Assembly: GCA_964016885.1 (NCBI GenBank)
Contig: OZ024741.1
Location: 47,058,001 to 47,122,000, forward strand
DNA: 64,000 bases
Reading direction: 5' to 3'
Origin: Eledone cirrhosa
Lineage: Eukaryota
The translations under genes were made by a program, and so were the position numbers. Below the pieces are notes generated by a model. The model had not been told where the DNA came from, ran no database searches, and saw only the letters and a program-made list of their open reading frames with translations. This document shows positions 30,101-41,079 of this stretch, one piece after another; the stretch's first letter is position 1; each line of letters begins with the position of its first letter.

Positions 30101-31332
30101 TCAGGAGTATAGGTGATATAGAAGAAGAAGAATTATCTATATCAAATTGTAGAAATGAAGCAGAGGATTTATTTCTAACATTATTAAACCAGTTAATTAC
30201 CTGGGATGTGTTTTCCCAGAGTGGTAAATTAACATGTTTTCTTAGTTGTGGGATGACTCTATCTAAAATTTTTTTACTAATTATTCCAATATCAGATTTG
30301 GAAGGGCATATAAACCTTATAGAAGGATTAGAGTTAAAGTTAGATTTATGATCTTTCAGGTTGAAGTGTGGTCTTTTCAATGCCAAAGGTTCAGTTCTAT
30401 CTTCAATATTAAGTCTATTCACTATGCTGTGTGTTTTGTTGTTGATGTTGGTAAGTGACGCATTATTTGTTTTTCTATAATTTTTCCTGAGTTCTTTATA
30501 TATGAACTCATTGTAATTTTCAATATCCATGTGATATAGATTTCCAGTTTTGTCCGAGTGGACATGGATTTTTTTAGGTCCAATAGGGTAGAATCAAGGT
30601 CCTTTTGAAAATTAGATTTATACCTCTTAAATTTGAGGTGTTTGATTAAATTAAAAAGGTCTTTCTCAAAGTTTTCAAGTAAGGAGTTGTGTGGTGGATT
30701 TTTATATGTAGTGAAATCATACAGATATTTCCTATCAGTACATTTTGATTTTTTATCGAAGTGGTAGGCCCTCCATCTGATTCTTCTGATAAATTGGTTG
30801 GTTTTTTGTATCATAAGAAGTAAGAAATCATCCTTAGAAGGTAATGGTATATTCTTTAAAGAAGTTCCCAAGTATTGTTTTTCCATTGTGATATGGATAA
30901 TGGACAAGAAAAAGAGCTCAACTATTTGTATATGGAGTTATAAAGTTATACACATATATGTATATATATAAAAATATACATACACATACAATATAAAAAT
31001 AAGAATATCCCCATGAAAATAGGAGCAATGTATGTAGATAAATCTACCAAAAGTTTACGGTAGTGTCCAATCCGTATGAAGAACTCAATGTAATCCGGAT
31101 ATCATGAAAAGAGAAGATGCATTCAAAAACTACTTTCGGTGAAAAATAAACGGAAAACAGAGTCAAGATAAATTAATAAAATAATGAATAAACAAAGAAA
31201 CAGTTCCTTATATTAAAAAAAATTCATCATTTTACGATCGTTTCTAGGATATATATGTGTTAGAGTTGGTATGCATATTCTATAGATCTATGTACAATAT
31301 TTATACAAACTATCAGAGGGAATATACATACC
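27153..31332 (-). mobile_element. Naiad-type Penelope-like element C with pseudo-LTRs, tail-to-tail with element B
   Basis: ~165-bp direct repeats at 27153-27316 and 31170-31332 flank a minus-strand RT+GIY-YIG ORF. Confidence 0.88.
28443..30886 (-). pseudogene. PLE C RT + GIY-YIG ORF, frameshifted
   Basis: MEKQYLGTSLKNIPLP, FLQFDI, TMGS, YRDD, VNFLDI, CNCRNKANCPLKGNC, IVY..YIG, CRLC. Confidence 0.92.
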
Positions 31333-31996
31333 AGAGGGAATATACATATATATATACATATACTTATACATATACATACATATATACATACATATATACA
31401 TATATATATACATATATATATACATATATATATATACATATATATATACATATATATACACATATATACATATATATACATATATATACATATACATACA
31501 TATATATACATATACATACATATACATACATATACATACATATACATACATATATATACATATACACATGTATATATACATATATATACACATATATATA
31601 CATATACACATGTATATATACATATATATACACATATATATACATATACACATACATATATACATATATATACACATATATATACATACATATATATATA
31701 CATATATACATATATATACACATATATATATACATACATATATATATATACATACATATATATATACATATATATATATACATATATATATACACATATA
31801 TATATACACATATATATATACACATATATATACACATATATATACACATATATATACACATATATATACACATATACATACACATATACATATACATATA
31901 TATATACATATACATACATATATATATACATATACATACATATATATATACATATATATATACATATATATATACATATATATATACATATATGTA

Positions 31997-32210
31997 TACT
32001 CAGCTGTAGAAATGAGATGATAGGGGCTGGGGTCCCTATCATTCCACTGCAAAGTGGTCGTGGAGGTGCCACGGCAAAAAAGCACCCAGCACTCACTGTA
32101 AATGAGGTTAGTGTTAGGAAAGGCATCCAGCTGTAGGAATCAAGCCAGAATCAGTTCCCATCCCACCCTTGCAAGCAGGGAAAAAGCGGACGTGAAATGA
32201 AATGAAATGA
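31997..32210 (+). mobile_element. tRNA/CORE-like SINE, 5'-truncated copy with RTE-derived 3' tail
   Basis: Reverse complement of 32842-33047; tail shares GTGGTCGTGGAGGTGCCACGGCAAAAAAGCACCCAG and TAGGAA(A/G)GGCATCCAGCTGTAG with the RTE 3' UTR at 12565-12710. Confidence 0.8.
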
Positions 32211-32225
32211 AAAAAAAATGATATA

Positions 32226-32820
32226 TGGTGGCTCCCAACTCGTTTTCGAGTACAGCCACTACTTTATATCCATGTAGGAGAACCCCTACCGATACGCTGA
32301 ACGAGTGTGACTTTTTAGTCCAGCCAGCGACTTGAAAACTATGGTACAAACACTACACTTGTGACAATTATTGACACATAGTGCTGGGTCCATGGTACCA
32401 TGTGACGACAAGTGCAGAGAGATCTCCAAATATAAAGCAATGCCTGTGCCATAAAGCTTTTATACTGCACAAAGCCAGTCCCACTCTCTTAACCAAGATG
32501 ATATTTACCAAAAAGAAGAACAAGTCAACATCATTAGATACCATCAGAGTTGCAGGTGTTATATCAGAGTTTTCCTTCTCCTAGAATTCTGCATTGACAA
32601 AGGCTAAGGGATCATCTCTCCCAGTGATTTTGGATGGCCATTGACTAATAAGAGCTCCTTTGCCCTTTGACAGGTTTTGTTTTTAGTCCTGCAGGATGTC
32701 CAAAGTCACCCTCTTCACCAAGAAACCTTGGTGCGGTTGCCAGTTTAGTCGCCAACGACCCGACCATCAAACAGGTTGTACTGGGATACATGTTACCAGT
32801 AGCACCAACGGGTGACCTGA
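32226..32820 (-). mobile_element. Family X short retroelement, full-length copy 5
   Basis: Aligns end to end with 10136-10746. Confidence 0.8.
32740..32817 (-). ncRNA. Candidate HDV-like ribozyme at the 5' end of family X (also 10663-10740)
   Basis: By-eye fold: P1 GGTCA/TGGTC, P2 CCAGT/ACTGG, L3 ACCTGTT, P1.1 CC/GG, P4 TCG-TTGG-CGA, J4/2 CTAA; P1 and P3 short and imperfect. Confidence 0.4.
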
Positions 32821-32841
32821 TATACAACACATACATATATA

Positions 32842-33164
32842 TCATTTCATTTTACGTCCGCTTTTCCCTGCTTGCAAGGGTGGGACGGGAACTGATGCTG
32901 GCTTGATTTCTACAGCTGGATGCCCTTCCTAACACCAACCTCATTTACAGTGAGTGCTGGGTGCTTTTTTGCCGTGGCACCTCCACGACCAATTTTCAGT
33001 GGAATGATAGGGACCCCAGTCCTATCATCTCATTTCTACAGCTGAGTAAACTGGAACAATGTGAAATAAAGTGTCTTGCTCAAGGAAACAACACATCACC
33101 CAGTCTGAGAATTGAACTCACAACCTTTCGATTGCAAGGCCAATGCTCTAACCACTAAGCCATG
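32842..33164 (-). mobile_element. tRNA-headed CORE-like SINE with RTE-derived tail, near full length
   Basis: Pol III A box TGGCTTAGTGG, B box GAGTTCAATTC, CORE-like CCTTGAGCAAGACACTT, RTE 3' UTR, (AAATG)n tail. Confidence 0.85.
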
Positions 33165-33208
33165 TATATATATATACATATATACATATACATACATACA
33201 TACATACA

Positions 33209-33240
<32 letters not shown>

Positions 33241-33573
33241 CATACATACATACATATACATACATACATATATACATATACATACATATATATATACATA
33301 CATGCATACATATACATACATACATACATATATATATATATACATACATACATACATATATACACATACATATACATACATATACACATACATATATACA
33401 TATATACTTACATATATATACAATCATATATAAACATACATACACATATATACAAACATATATATATATACATACACATATATATACATACAAATATATA
33501 TATATATACATACATATATACATACATATATATACATACAAATATATATATATATATATACATACATATATAC

Positions 33574-33606
<33 letters not shown>

Positions 33607-34104
33607 CATATATATACATACACATACTTATATATACATACATATATATATATATATATACATACACATATATATATATACACACATATATATATATATA
33701 CATACACATATATATATATATATACATACACATATATATACATACACATATATATATATACATACACATATATATATATACATACACATATATATATATA
33801 CATACACGTATATATATACATACACATATATATATACATACATACATACATATATACATACATATGCATATACACATATATATACACATACATACACATA
33901 TACATATATATACATATACATACATACATATATGTATGTATGTATATATACATATATATACATATACATACATACATATATGTCACATATACATACATAC
34001 ACATATACATACATACATATATACACATATACATATATATATACACATATACATACATATATATACATATACCTACATACATACACATATATACACATAT
34101 ATAC

Positions 34105-34139
<35 letters not shown>

Positions 34140-34196
34140 CATATACATACACATATATACATACATACATACACATACATACATACATACATACAA

Positions 34197-34393
34197 GGTG
34201 GCTGCACGACCACTTTGCAGTGGAATGATATGGACCCCAGTCCCTATCATCTCATTTCTACAGCTGAGTAAACTGGAGCAATGTGAAATAAAGTGTCTTG
34301 CTCAAGGAAACAACACATCACCCGGTCTGAGAATTGAACTCACAACCTTTCGATTGCAAGGCCAATGCTCTAACCACTAAGCCATGTGCCTCC
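34197..34393 (-). mobile_element. Same SINE family, 3'-truncated copy
   Basis: Starts GGAGGCACATGGCTTAGTGGTTAGAGC; A and B boxes and CORE-like segment intact. Confidence 0.85.
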
Positions 34394-34401
34394 ATTATAT
34401 G

Positions 34402-34452
<51 letters not shown>

Positions 34453-34482
34453 GTATATATATATATGTATATATATGTATAT

Positions 34483-34522
<40 letters not shown>

Positions 34523-34597
34523 GTCCTGTATTGTCCTGTACTGTCCTTAATGTCTACTTTATGTAAACCCTTGTAGTTAATAAAGAAAGCATTATTC
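34523..34597 (+). repeat. 75-bp copy of the Tx1/L1 element's 3' end placed directly upstream of its 5' end
   Basis: Nearly identical (2 mismatches) to 44661-44735, including AATAAAGAAAGCATTATTC. Confidence 0.9.
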
Positions 34598-34821
34598 TTA
34601 TTATTATTGGCGACCTACGTAGTAAATCGTATCATCGTGAGCTCCGCAAAGGTTTGTTGTTTTCGTTTGTTTAAAATTGCCATTTATGGAAAATGTTTAT
34701 TGTTAACTGTATATAAGTGCACATACATTGTTTTCCGAAAAGGACACTCAAAAAGATTGGGGTCTTGAGCCCAAAATTTAAACTTTTATAATTATCAAAA
34801 AAAACTTTCTTTGAAAAAAAC

Positions 34822-36139
34822 ATGGACGACTCACAGCCACACGAAGCTGACAGCCTTCCTCACACCGACACCACCATTGTAAATATTACTACGTTTGCCA
34901 ACACTAAAAATATAAGCAGTAACAATATTTTAAATTTGTCTCAGGCAGACATTCATTTCCCGCCATTACCAATGACTGCAGGTGTTAAAGCCGCCACCAC
35001 CACCAACACCGCGACAACAGAAACAAAAGAAAAAAATAAATTAACTCGTGATATCGAAATGAATTCAATCAAAATGAACTCTTCCACACCGAACACCACT
35101 GACGCCACCACCACCACCACAACTGAAACTAAAATTAATAACAAAAATAACGATAACAACAACAGCAACAATGACATTAAGAAAACAACCCTGTGCGAAG
35201 CATTTCAGGTAACTCAGGAGGAATTCGAAGAAGCCAAAAAAATGGTAAAAAAAGATGGGTACAGGGTCGGCCTCACCCCCCACCTAATAAAATGGAGCAT
35301 CGGCGCCTATGCACCGTGTCTTATCGAACAATTAATATAAAATCGCGCCGAGTGGAACAGGTATCCGAGTCCCAAATCCAAAAAGCTTTGGGACATGTGT
35401 GGGCAAAAAAAACCTACATCAGACGTGGGCAGAAGTATGGAACCGTGGATGTGTTCTTTGAAACACCACAGGAGGCTAGAGAACACTCCATATAGCCCCA
35501 TTAAGAAGTGACGACTTCACACTCGTCCCAAGCTATTGTGGCCAGAGACTCATAAAGATCAGGGTGACCCACGTTCCACCGGCCATCGAAATTCCCTGGC
35601 TAATAGCTGCCGTCCTCGCCGGCATCGAAGCCAACACCAAGATAATCGAAATAGCGAAAGAAAAGCAGGAGAACTGGTCCGGATCTGGGATGGAACTCCT
35701 GATCCAAGCGGACCAAAAAAGCATTGAGGAGATCCCAGAGGTAATAGACATCACTGACGGCAGCCACCTCACCGTAATTGTTGAGGGCAGAAGGCCTAGG
35801 TGTGTCGTTTGTGGTGAAGGAACCCACCTAAGGGCTTTCTGCCCTCAGGCTAAAAGGTTGAGACCACCTCTCCTACCCACCCCAGTGACTCAACCATCAA
35901 CACCACCAGCAGCAGAGATAGGAGCAACAACTGTAGCAGCAACAACAGAAGCAACTGTAACACCAACAACCCCAGCAACAGTAGCAAAACCAACACCACC
36001 ACCACCCAACACGCCAGAACTAGCACCAGCGCCTACACCATCCACCACGCCACAACCAAAACTAACGCCTGTGGAGGATTTTCCACTCCCCGGCCTATCA
36101 CAACTGGAGACATGTTGTGACGACGAGGAGTGGCGAAAC
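34822..36139 (+). pseudogene. Tx1/L1 ORF1 (gag-like), 5' part, frameshifted
   Basis: CX2CX4HX4C knuckle, Pro/Thr-rich linker; after the LTR element a W/ETVSGKKKK-like continuation follows. Confidence 0.75.
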
Positions 36140-36417
36140 TGTTGTATGGACTGGGAATCGAACTCACAACCTCATTGTTGTATGGATTGTTAAATTCGTT
36201 TTATTCAACTTACACGTGCTCACACATTTGCATATGAATCACGTGACCTGGGCAGTCAGTCAGCGTTGGTATTAAAAACTCAGTCACAGACTGCTGCTGT
36301 CACTTACTTTATGTTATTCTGCTACTGTGAGGAGGGGCGTTTTGGTTGTTTCATACAATACACAAATTATTTGATATAACTCGTGTTTTCTCTGCGAGTA
36401 CCGAGAGGAATACAACA
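36140..36417 (+). repeat. 5' LTR
   Basis: About 6 substitutions and one 2-bp indel versus the 3' LTR (counted by eye). Confidence 0.95.
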
Positions 36418-36434
36418 GAGTTTATTGGCGTCGC

Positions 36435-36544
36435 CGATAGTATTTACCTACATTGCCGATAGGATTTACCTACATTGCCAATAGGATTTACCTACATTGC
36501 CAATAGGATTTACCTACATTGCCTATAGGATTTACCTACATTGC
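36435..36544 (+). repeat. 22-bp tandem repeat x5 in the Gypsy 5' UTR
   Basis: C(G/A/T)ATAGGATTTACCTACATTGC repeated five times right after the PBS. Confidence 0.92.
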
Positions 36545-36568
36545 TGGGAAATTGTTTATCATAAAAAC

Positions 36569-39397
36569 ATGGCGGAACAACAAACAGCGGAGCTAATAAA
36601 GTTGTTTAGAGAACAGATGGAACAACAAATGCAACAACACAAGAAAGATATGGACACTCTGATAAAACTGTTTGGTGCTCGAGATTCTGAACAACAGAGT
36701 TTATTGGCGTCGCCAGTTACTTCGACACCAACAGCATTCATCCCACCATTTGCTGCTTTTGATTCAACAACAGAACTATGGCCCGATTACTGGTCAAGAT
36801 TCTGCACGTTTGTGGCTGCTAACGCTGTACCCGAGCAACGCATGGCACAAGTGTTCCTGACTAATCAGACAGCTGCTATCTACAAACAACTTGCAAATCT
36901 GGCTGCTCAACAAAATCCGCCTAAGGATATCAACAAGTTGACAATGGACGAAATTGTTGACTTCATGAAAGAACAGTTCGACCCAAAACTTTTCATTGTG
37001 AGAGAACGTTTCAAGTTCTGGAGTGACATGCAACAGAAGCCAGGCAAAACTCTCCAGGAGCTGGCAGCACGTATACGTCAGGATGCAGCTACCTGTGATT
37101 TTCCTTCGATCACAAATCCACAAGATGAAGCTCTAAGACAGAGATTTATATGTTCTGTCAATAATGAAGCTGTGTTGAAGGCTATTTTCAAGATCAAGGA
37201 TACAGAACTAGATTTCGCCCGTGCTGTCCAAGTTGCCATCGGGACCGAAGACGCAGCAAAGGTTGCCAAGGAAACTGTTTACGGTTCCAAAACCAAGCAA
37301 GTCTACAAGGTCCAGCAGAACAAGAACAAGGGTCCTCGAAAGAACTATCAGCAGTCTTATTCCACAGACCAGGAGATGTGCTACCGATGTGGAAAGGCCC
37401 ACAAAGCGACAGACTGCCCCTTCAAAGAAACCAAATGTCATTTTTGTGACAAAAAGGGACATTTGCAAGCGGTGTGTAGAAAGAAACAACATGAGCAACG
37501 TAATCATCGCTCACAGAATTACGTGAAAAGAATCACGAAAGCTGAGCTAGTCAAGGCGATCCTTGGTGAAGTTCTCCATGATACTCATAGTTTGAATGTG
37601 CCAATAACAATCCAGAACAGACTTTTCACAATGGAATTGGACACAGCTACTACAGGCAATTTTGTTTCCTTGTCAGTTTGGAAACAATTAGGAAAACCGA
37701 AGCTGCAAGATGTCAAACATCGGTTTGAATCTGCCAGCAAGCACGACCTGCCCGTTCTGGGAACTTTCATGGGCCTAACCAAGGATCCAACGACCGGTAA
37801 ACGGAATTCAATACCCTACATCGTCACCAAGATCCCTGATCTTAATTTGCTGGGACGAAACGCTATCCAGACTCTGGGAATTTCCGTGGACAATGCTCTA
37901 GGATTGAAAAGCATAGACAGCCAGGCCAAGAGTGAGGGTGCAGAAGTGATACATCCAAAGACCTCAAATGAGCCCTATATTTCCATGCAACGAGATTGTC
38001 ACAACATGTGTGATGAATTCCCAGATCTCTTCAAGCAAGAATTGGGATGTCTACATGATGTCTACATGAAGTGAAGTTCAAGTCGGACGCGACACCTGTC
38101 TTTCACAAGGCACGCCCGGTCCTGTTTGCTCTTTGTGATGACCTGGCCAAAGGTTACGAAGGCATCGCCAAAGGAATCTGGAAGCCAGTACAGTTCAACG
38201 AATACGGAACGCCAGTGGTACCGATTCGTAAAGCACATACTTCAGGCAACCTGAAGCCCAAACTACGGATTTGTGGTGACTACTCTGTGGGAATTAATGA
38301 CCAACTTGCAGATCATCGTCATCCAATGCCACCCCTAGAGGAACTGATGCAGAAGCTCGAAGGTGGATTCAGATACACAAAGATTGATCTTGCTGATGCC
38401 TATAATCAGATCAAGCTGGCTCCAGAAAGTCAACGCAGGCTTGCACTCAGCACTCACCGTGGGGTGCTCCTGCAGGAACGACTCCCTTTCGGAATCAAGT
38501 CAGCACCTGGTTACTTTCAGGAGATCATGGAAAACCTGACTCAAGATCTACCTGGTGTGGCCGTCTTCCAGGACGACATGCTCGTCAGTGGGAAAGATGC
38601 AAATGATCACCTGAACAATCTAAAGTGTCTGCTCACTCGTCTGTGCGACAAAGGACTCAGATGTCGCCGTGACAAGTGCCAGTTTGCACTACCCAGTGTG
38701 GAATACCTTGGACACACCTTGTCGGCTGAAGGGATCGCGAAGGGATCCAAGGTCGAAGCAGTTTTAAAGATGCCACCTCCAACGAACGTCTCAAGCTTGA
38801 AGTCTTTCCTGGGTTCAGTTCAGTTCTATGGAAAGTTTATCCCAAACCTGGCCAGCATGGTAGAGCCACTCTATTGCCTTACGAAAAAAACGACTACTTG
38901 GAAGTGGGGAGATGAAGAACAGTCAGCTTTCGATCAGTCGAAAACTGTGCTTTCATCGGATCGAGTTCTGATACACTTCGATCCAAACAAAACTTTGGGA
39001 CTGGCTTGCGACGCGTCAAATGTTGGTATTGGAGCAGTCCTGTTTCATCGCTATCCTGATGGAAGCGAGCGCCCAATATCCAATGTGTCCAAGACTCTTA
39101 CTTCTGCACAGCGTAACTACGGACAAATTCAAAAGGAAGCCCTGGCCATCATATTTGGCTTGCAGAAGTTCTATCAGTATCTGTACGGACATCAGTTTAT
39201 ACTCGTAACTGACCACAAGCCACTGACATCACTGTTCAGTCCGAGGAAAGGGACGCTACTTCTCGCTGCTAACCGACTAGCACGGTGGGCCCTGTGGCTG
39301 AACCAGTTTGACTACACCATCGAATATCGTAAAACAGCGGATCATGGCAATGCAGATGCCCTCAGTCGCTTGCCATTTGGTAATGACATCGACTTTG
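36569..39397 (+). pseudogene. Gypsy gag-protease-RT-RNase H polyprotein (frameshift at ~38060)
   Basis: Two knuckles CYRCGKAHKATDC and CHFCDKKGHLQAVC, protease LDTA, RT KIDLADAY/LPFG/FQDD, RNase H LACDAS..EALAII..TDHKPL..NADALSR. Confidence 0.93.
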
Positions 39398-40082
39398 AAG
39401 TCTTCCTCAGAGCTTGTTTGAAGGTCTGCACCAAACGTTCCGCTGCTCCGTTGGTAGCTGGGTGGTAAGGTGCCCCTGTCAGGTGCGTGATCCCACGTTC
39501 TTTGCACCAGCTCTGGAACTCCTCAGAAATAAAAGTTGGTGCGTTATTGGTGACTAGCGTGTGAGGAAATCCGAAGTGCGCAAAGTCTTCTTCAAGCAGA
39601 TCTAAAGTGGCTCTGGAGGACGTGGATGATGTAGCATGAATGCATGGATACTTGGATGGCTGGTTTTGATGTTCACCACACGAATCACATTGTCGACTGG
39701 TTTTCTCTATAGCAGCATCGATACCAGGCCAATAAACAGCAGTTCTTGCCAATTGTTTCATGCGCTCCGTGCCAAAGTGTTCGAGATGCGGTAGATTGAG
39801 GATCTTTGGCTGTAAGCTATGTGGAATCACAACTCTCGATCCATGGATAAGGCATCCGTGGCAGATACTGAGTGAATCCGATAACTTCCGGAACTTATTG
39901 ACTTCGTCATTGATCTCAGTATTCTTTGGTGGCCAGCCTTCACGGACGTAGCGTATCACTGTAGATATCACTGGATCTTTCCCTGACTCTTGACGGAGGA
40001 CGTTAGCATCGATAGGTTGGACTTGAAGACTGAGAGCTTTGATGGCGCACACCATGTCCATGTCTTCACCATTTTCCTTCCC
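39398..40082 (-). pseudogene. Gypsy integrase segment in inverted orientation
   Basis: Minus-strand ORF 39342-40061 with HLEHFG..YWPG..CDSC (HHCC) and VTNNAPTF..YHPATNGAAER core. Confidence 0.9.
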
Positions 40083-40200
40083 TTATTGCCCATTCCAGAG
40101 TATGGACCAGACAATCGAAGACGGTCCAAGAGAACTCGTAAACCCCCAGAGAGACTTTGCTGTTGATGCTTCTTTTGTCGCATCAATTTCGGTGGGGAGG

Positions 40201-40476
40201 TGTTGTATGGACTGGGAATCAAACTCACAACCTCATTGTTGTATGGACTGTTAAATTCGTTTTATTCAATTTACACGTGCTCACACATTTGCATATGAAT
40301 CACGTGACCTGGGCAGTCAGTCAGCGTTGGTATTAAAAACTCGGTCACAGACTGCTGCTGTCACTTACTTTGTTATTCTGCTACTGTGAGGAGGGGCGTT
40401 TTGGTTGTTTCGTACAATACACAAATTATTTGATATAACTCGTGTTTTATCTGCGAGTACCGAGAGGAATACAACA
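40201..40476 (+). repeat. 3' LTR
   Basis: Direct repeat of 36140-36417, preceded by a PPT. Confidence 0.95.
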
Positions 40477-41079
40477 GAAACGGTATCAGGAAAAAAGAAA
40501 AAAACCAAAAAAGAAAAAATTCTCTTCCTTCCACCTCCAAAAACAAAATACAGAGGGAAACAAATAAACTATCAAACAAAAAAGTGAGAACAGATATGCC
40601 ACCATCCACACCAGCATCCCCAACTCCATCACCCCAAACACCAACACCATCACCATCATTAACCCCAACACCACCATCACCAACACCAAAAAGCGAAACA
40701 GAAACAAACCCACAACAAACGCAAACAAAACAAAACAACCAAAACGATACACACTACACAGCATTAAATTTGAACAACAAGCAATTATTACACTACATCC
40801 AACACAACACCAGCATCACAGAAATAGACTACACAACAACCCAAAAGTTCACACCACCTCCACACATACAAATCACTCACATCACACAGAAAACGTACAT
40901 GACACTAAAACAAAAATTCCCCAAAGACATCGGAGACTTCCGACAAGCACTCTCCAGGAGGATTTATAAGGACATCCTTACTGAGGGGGCCACAAGCAGT
41001 GAAAAGGATGGAGAAAGCGTCCTTCCTCTACGAGTAGTAAGGTAAGTGGTCTTTCCCATCTTTTCCACTTCATTTCAAC

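Larger units (their letters stand above)
36140..40476 (+). mobile_element. Ty3/Gypsy LTR retrotransposon (Mag-like), both LTRs present, rearranged integrase
   Basis: LTRs at 36140-36417 and 40201-40476 with TGTTGTA...TACAACA ends; 5-bp TSD GAAAC (36135-36139, 40477-40481); PBS-like TGGCGTCGCC at 36426; PPT GGTGGGGAGG at 40191-40200. Confidence 0.96.

Noticed and set aside
33095-33164. tRNA gene (also 34320-34393)
   Set aside because: A and B boxes are present but continue into CORE-like and LINE-derived sequence; this is a SINE head with no convincing cloverleaf
36435-36544. Short direct repeats as a CRISPR array
   Set aside because: Contiguous tandem units without spacers, inside an LTR element, in eukaryotic context with no cas genes
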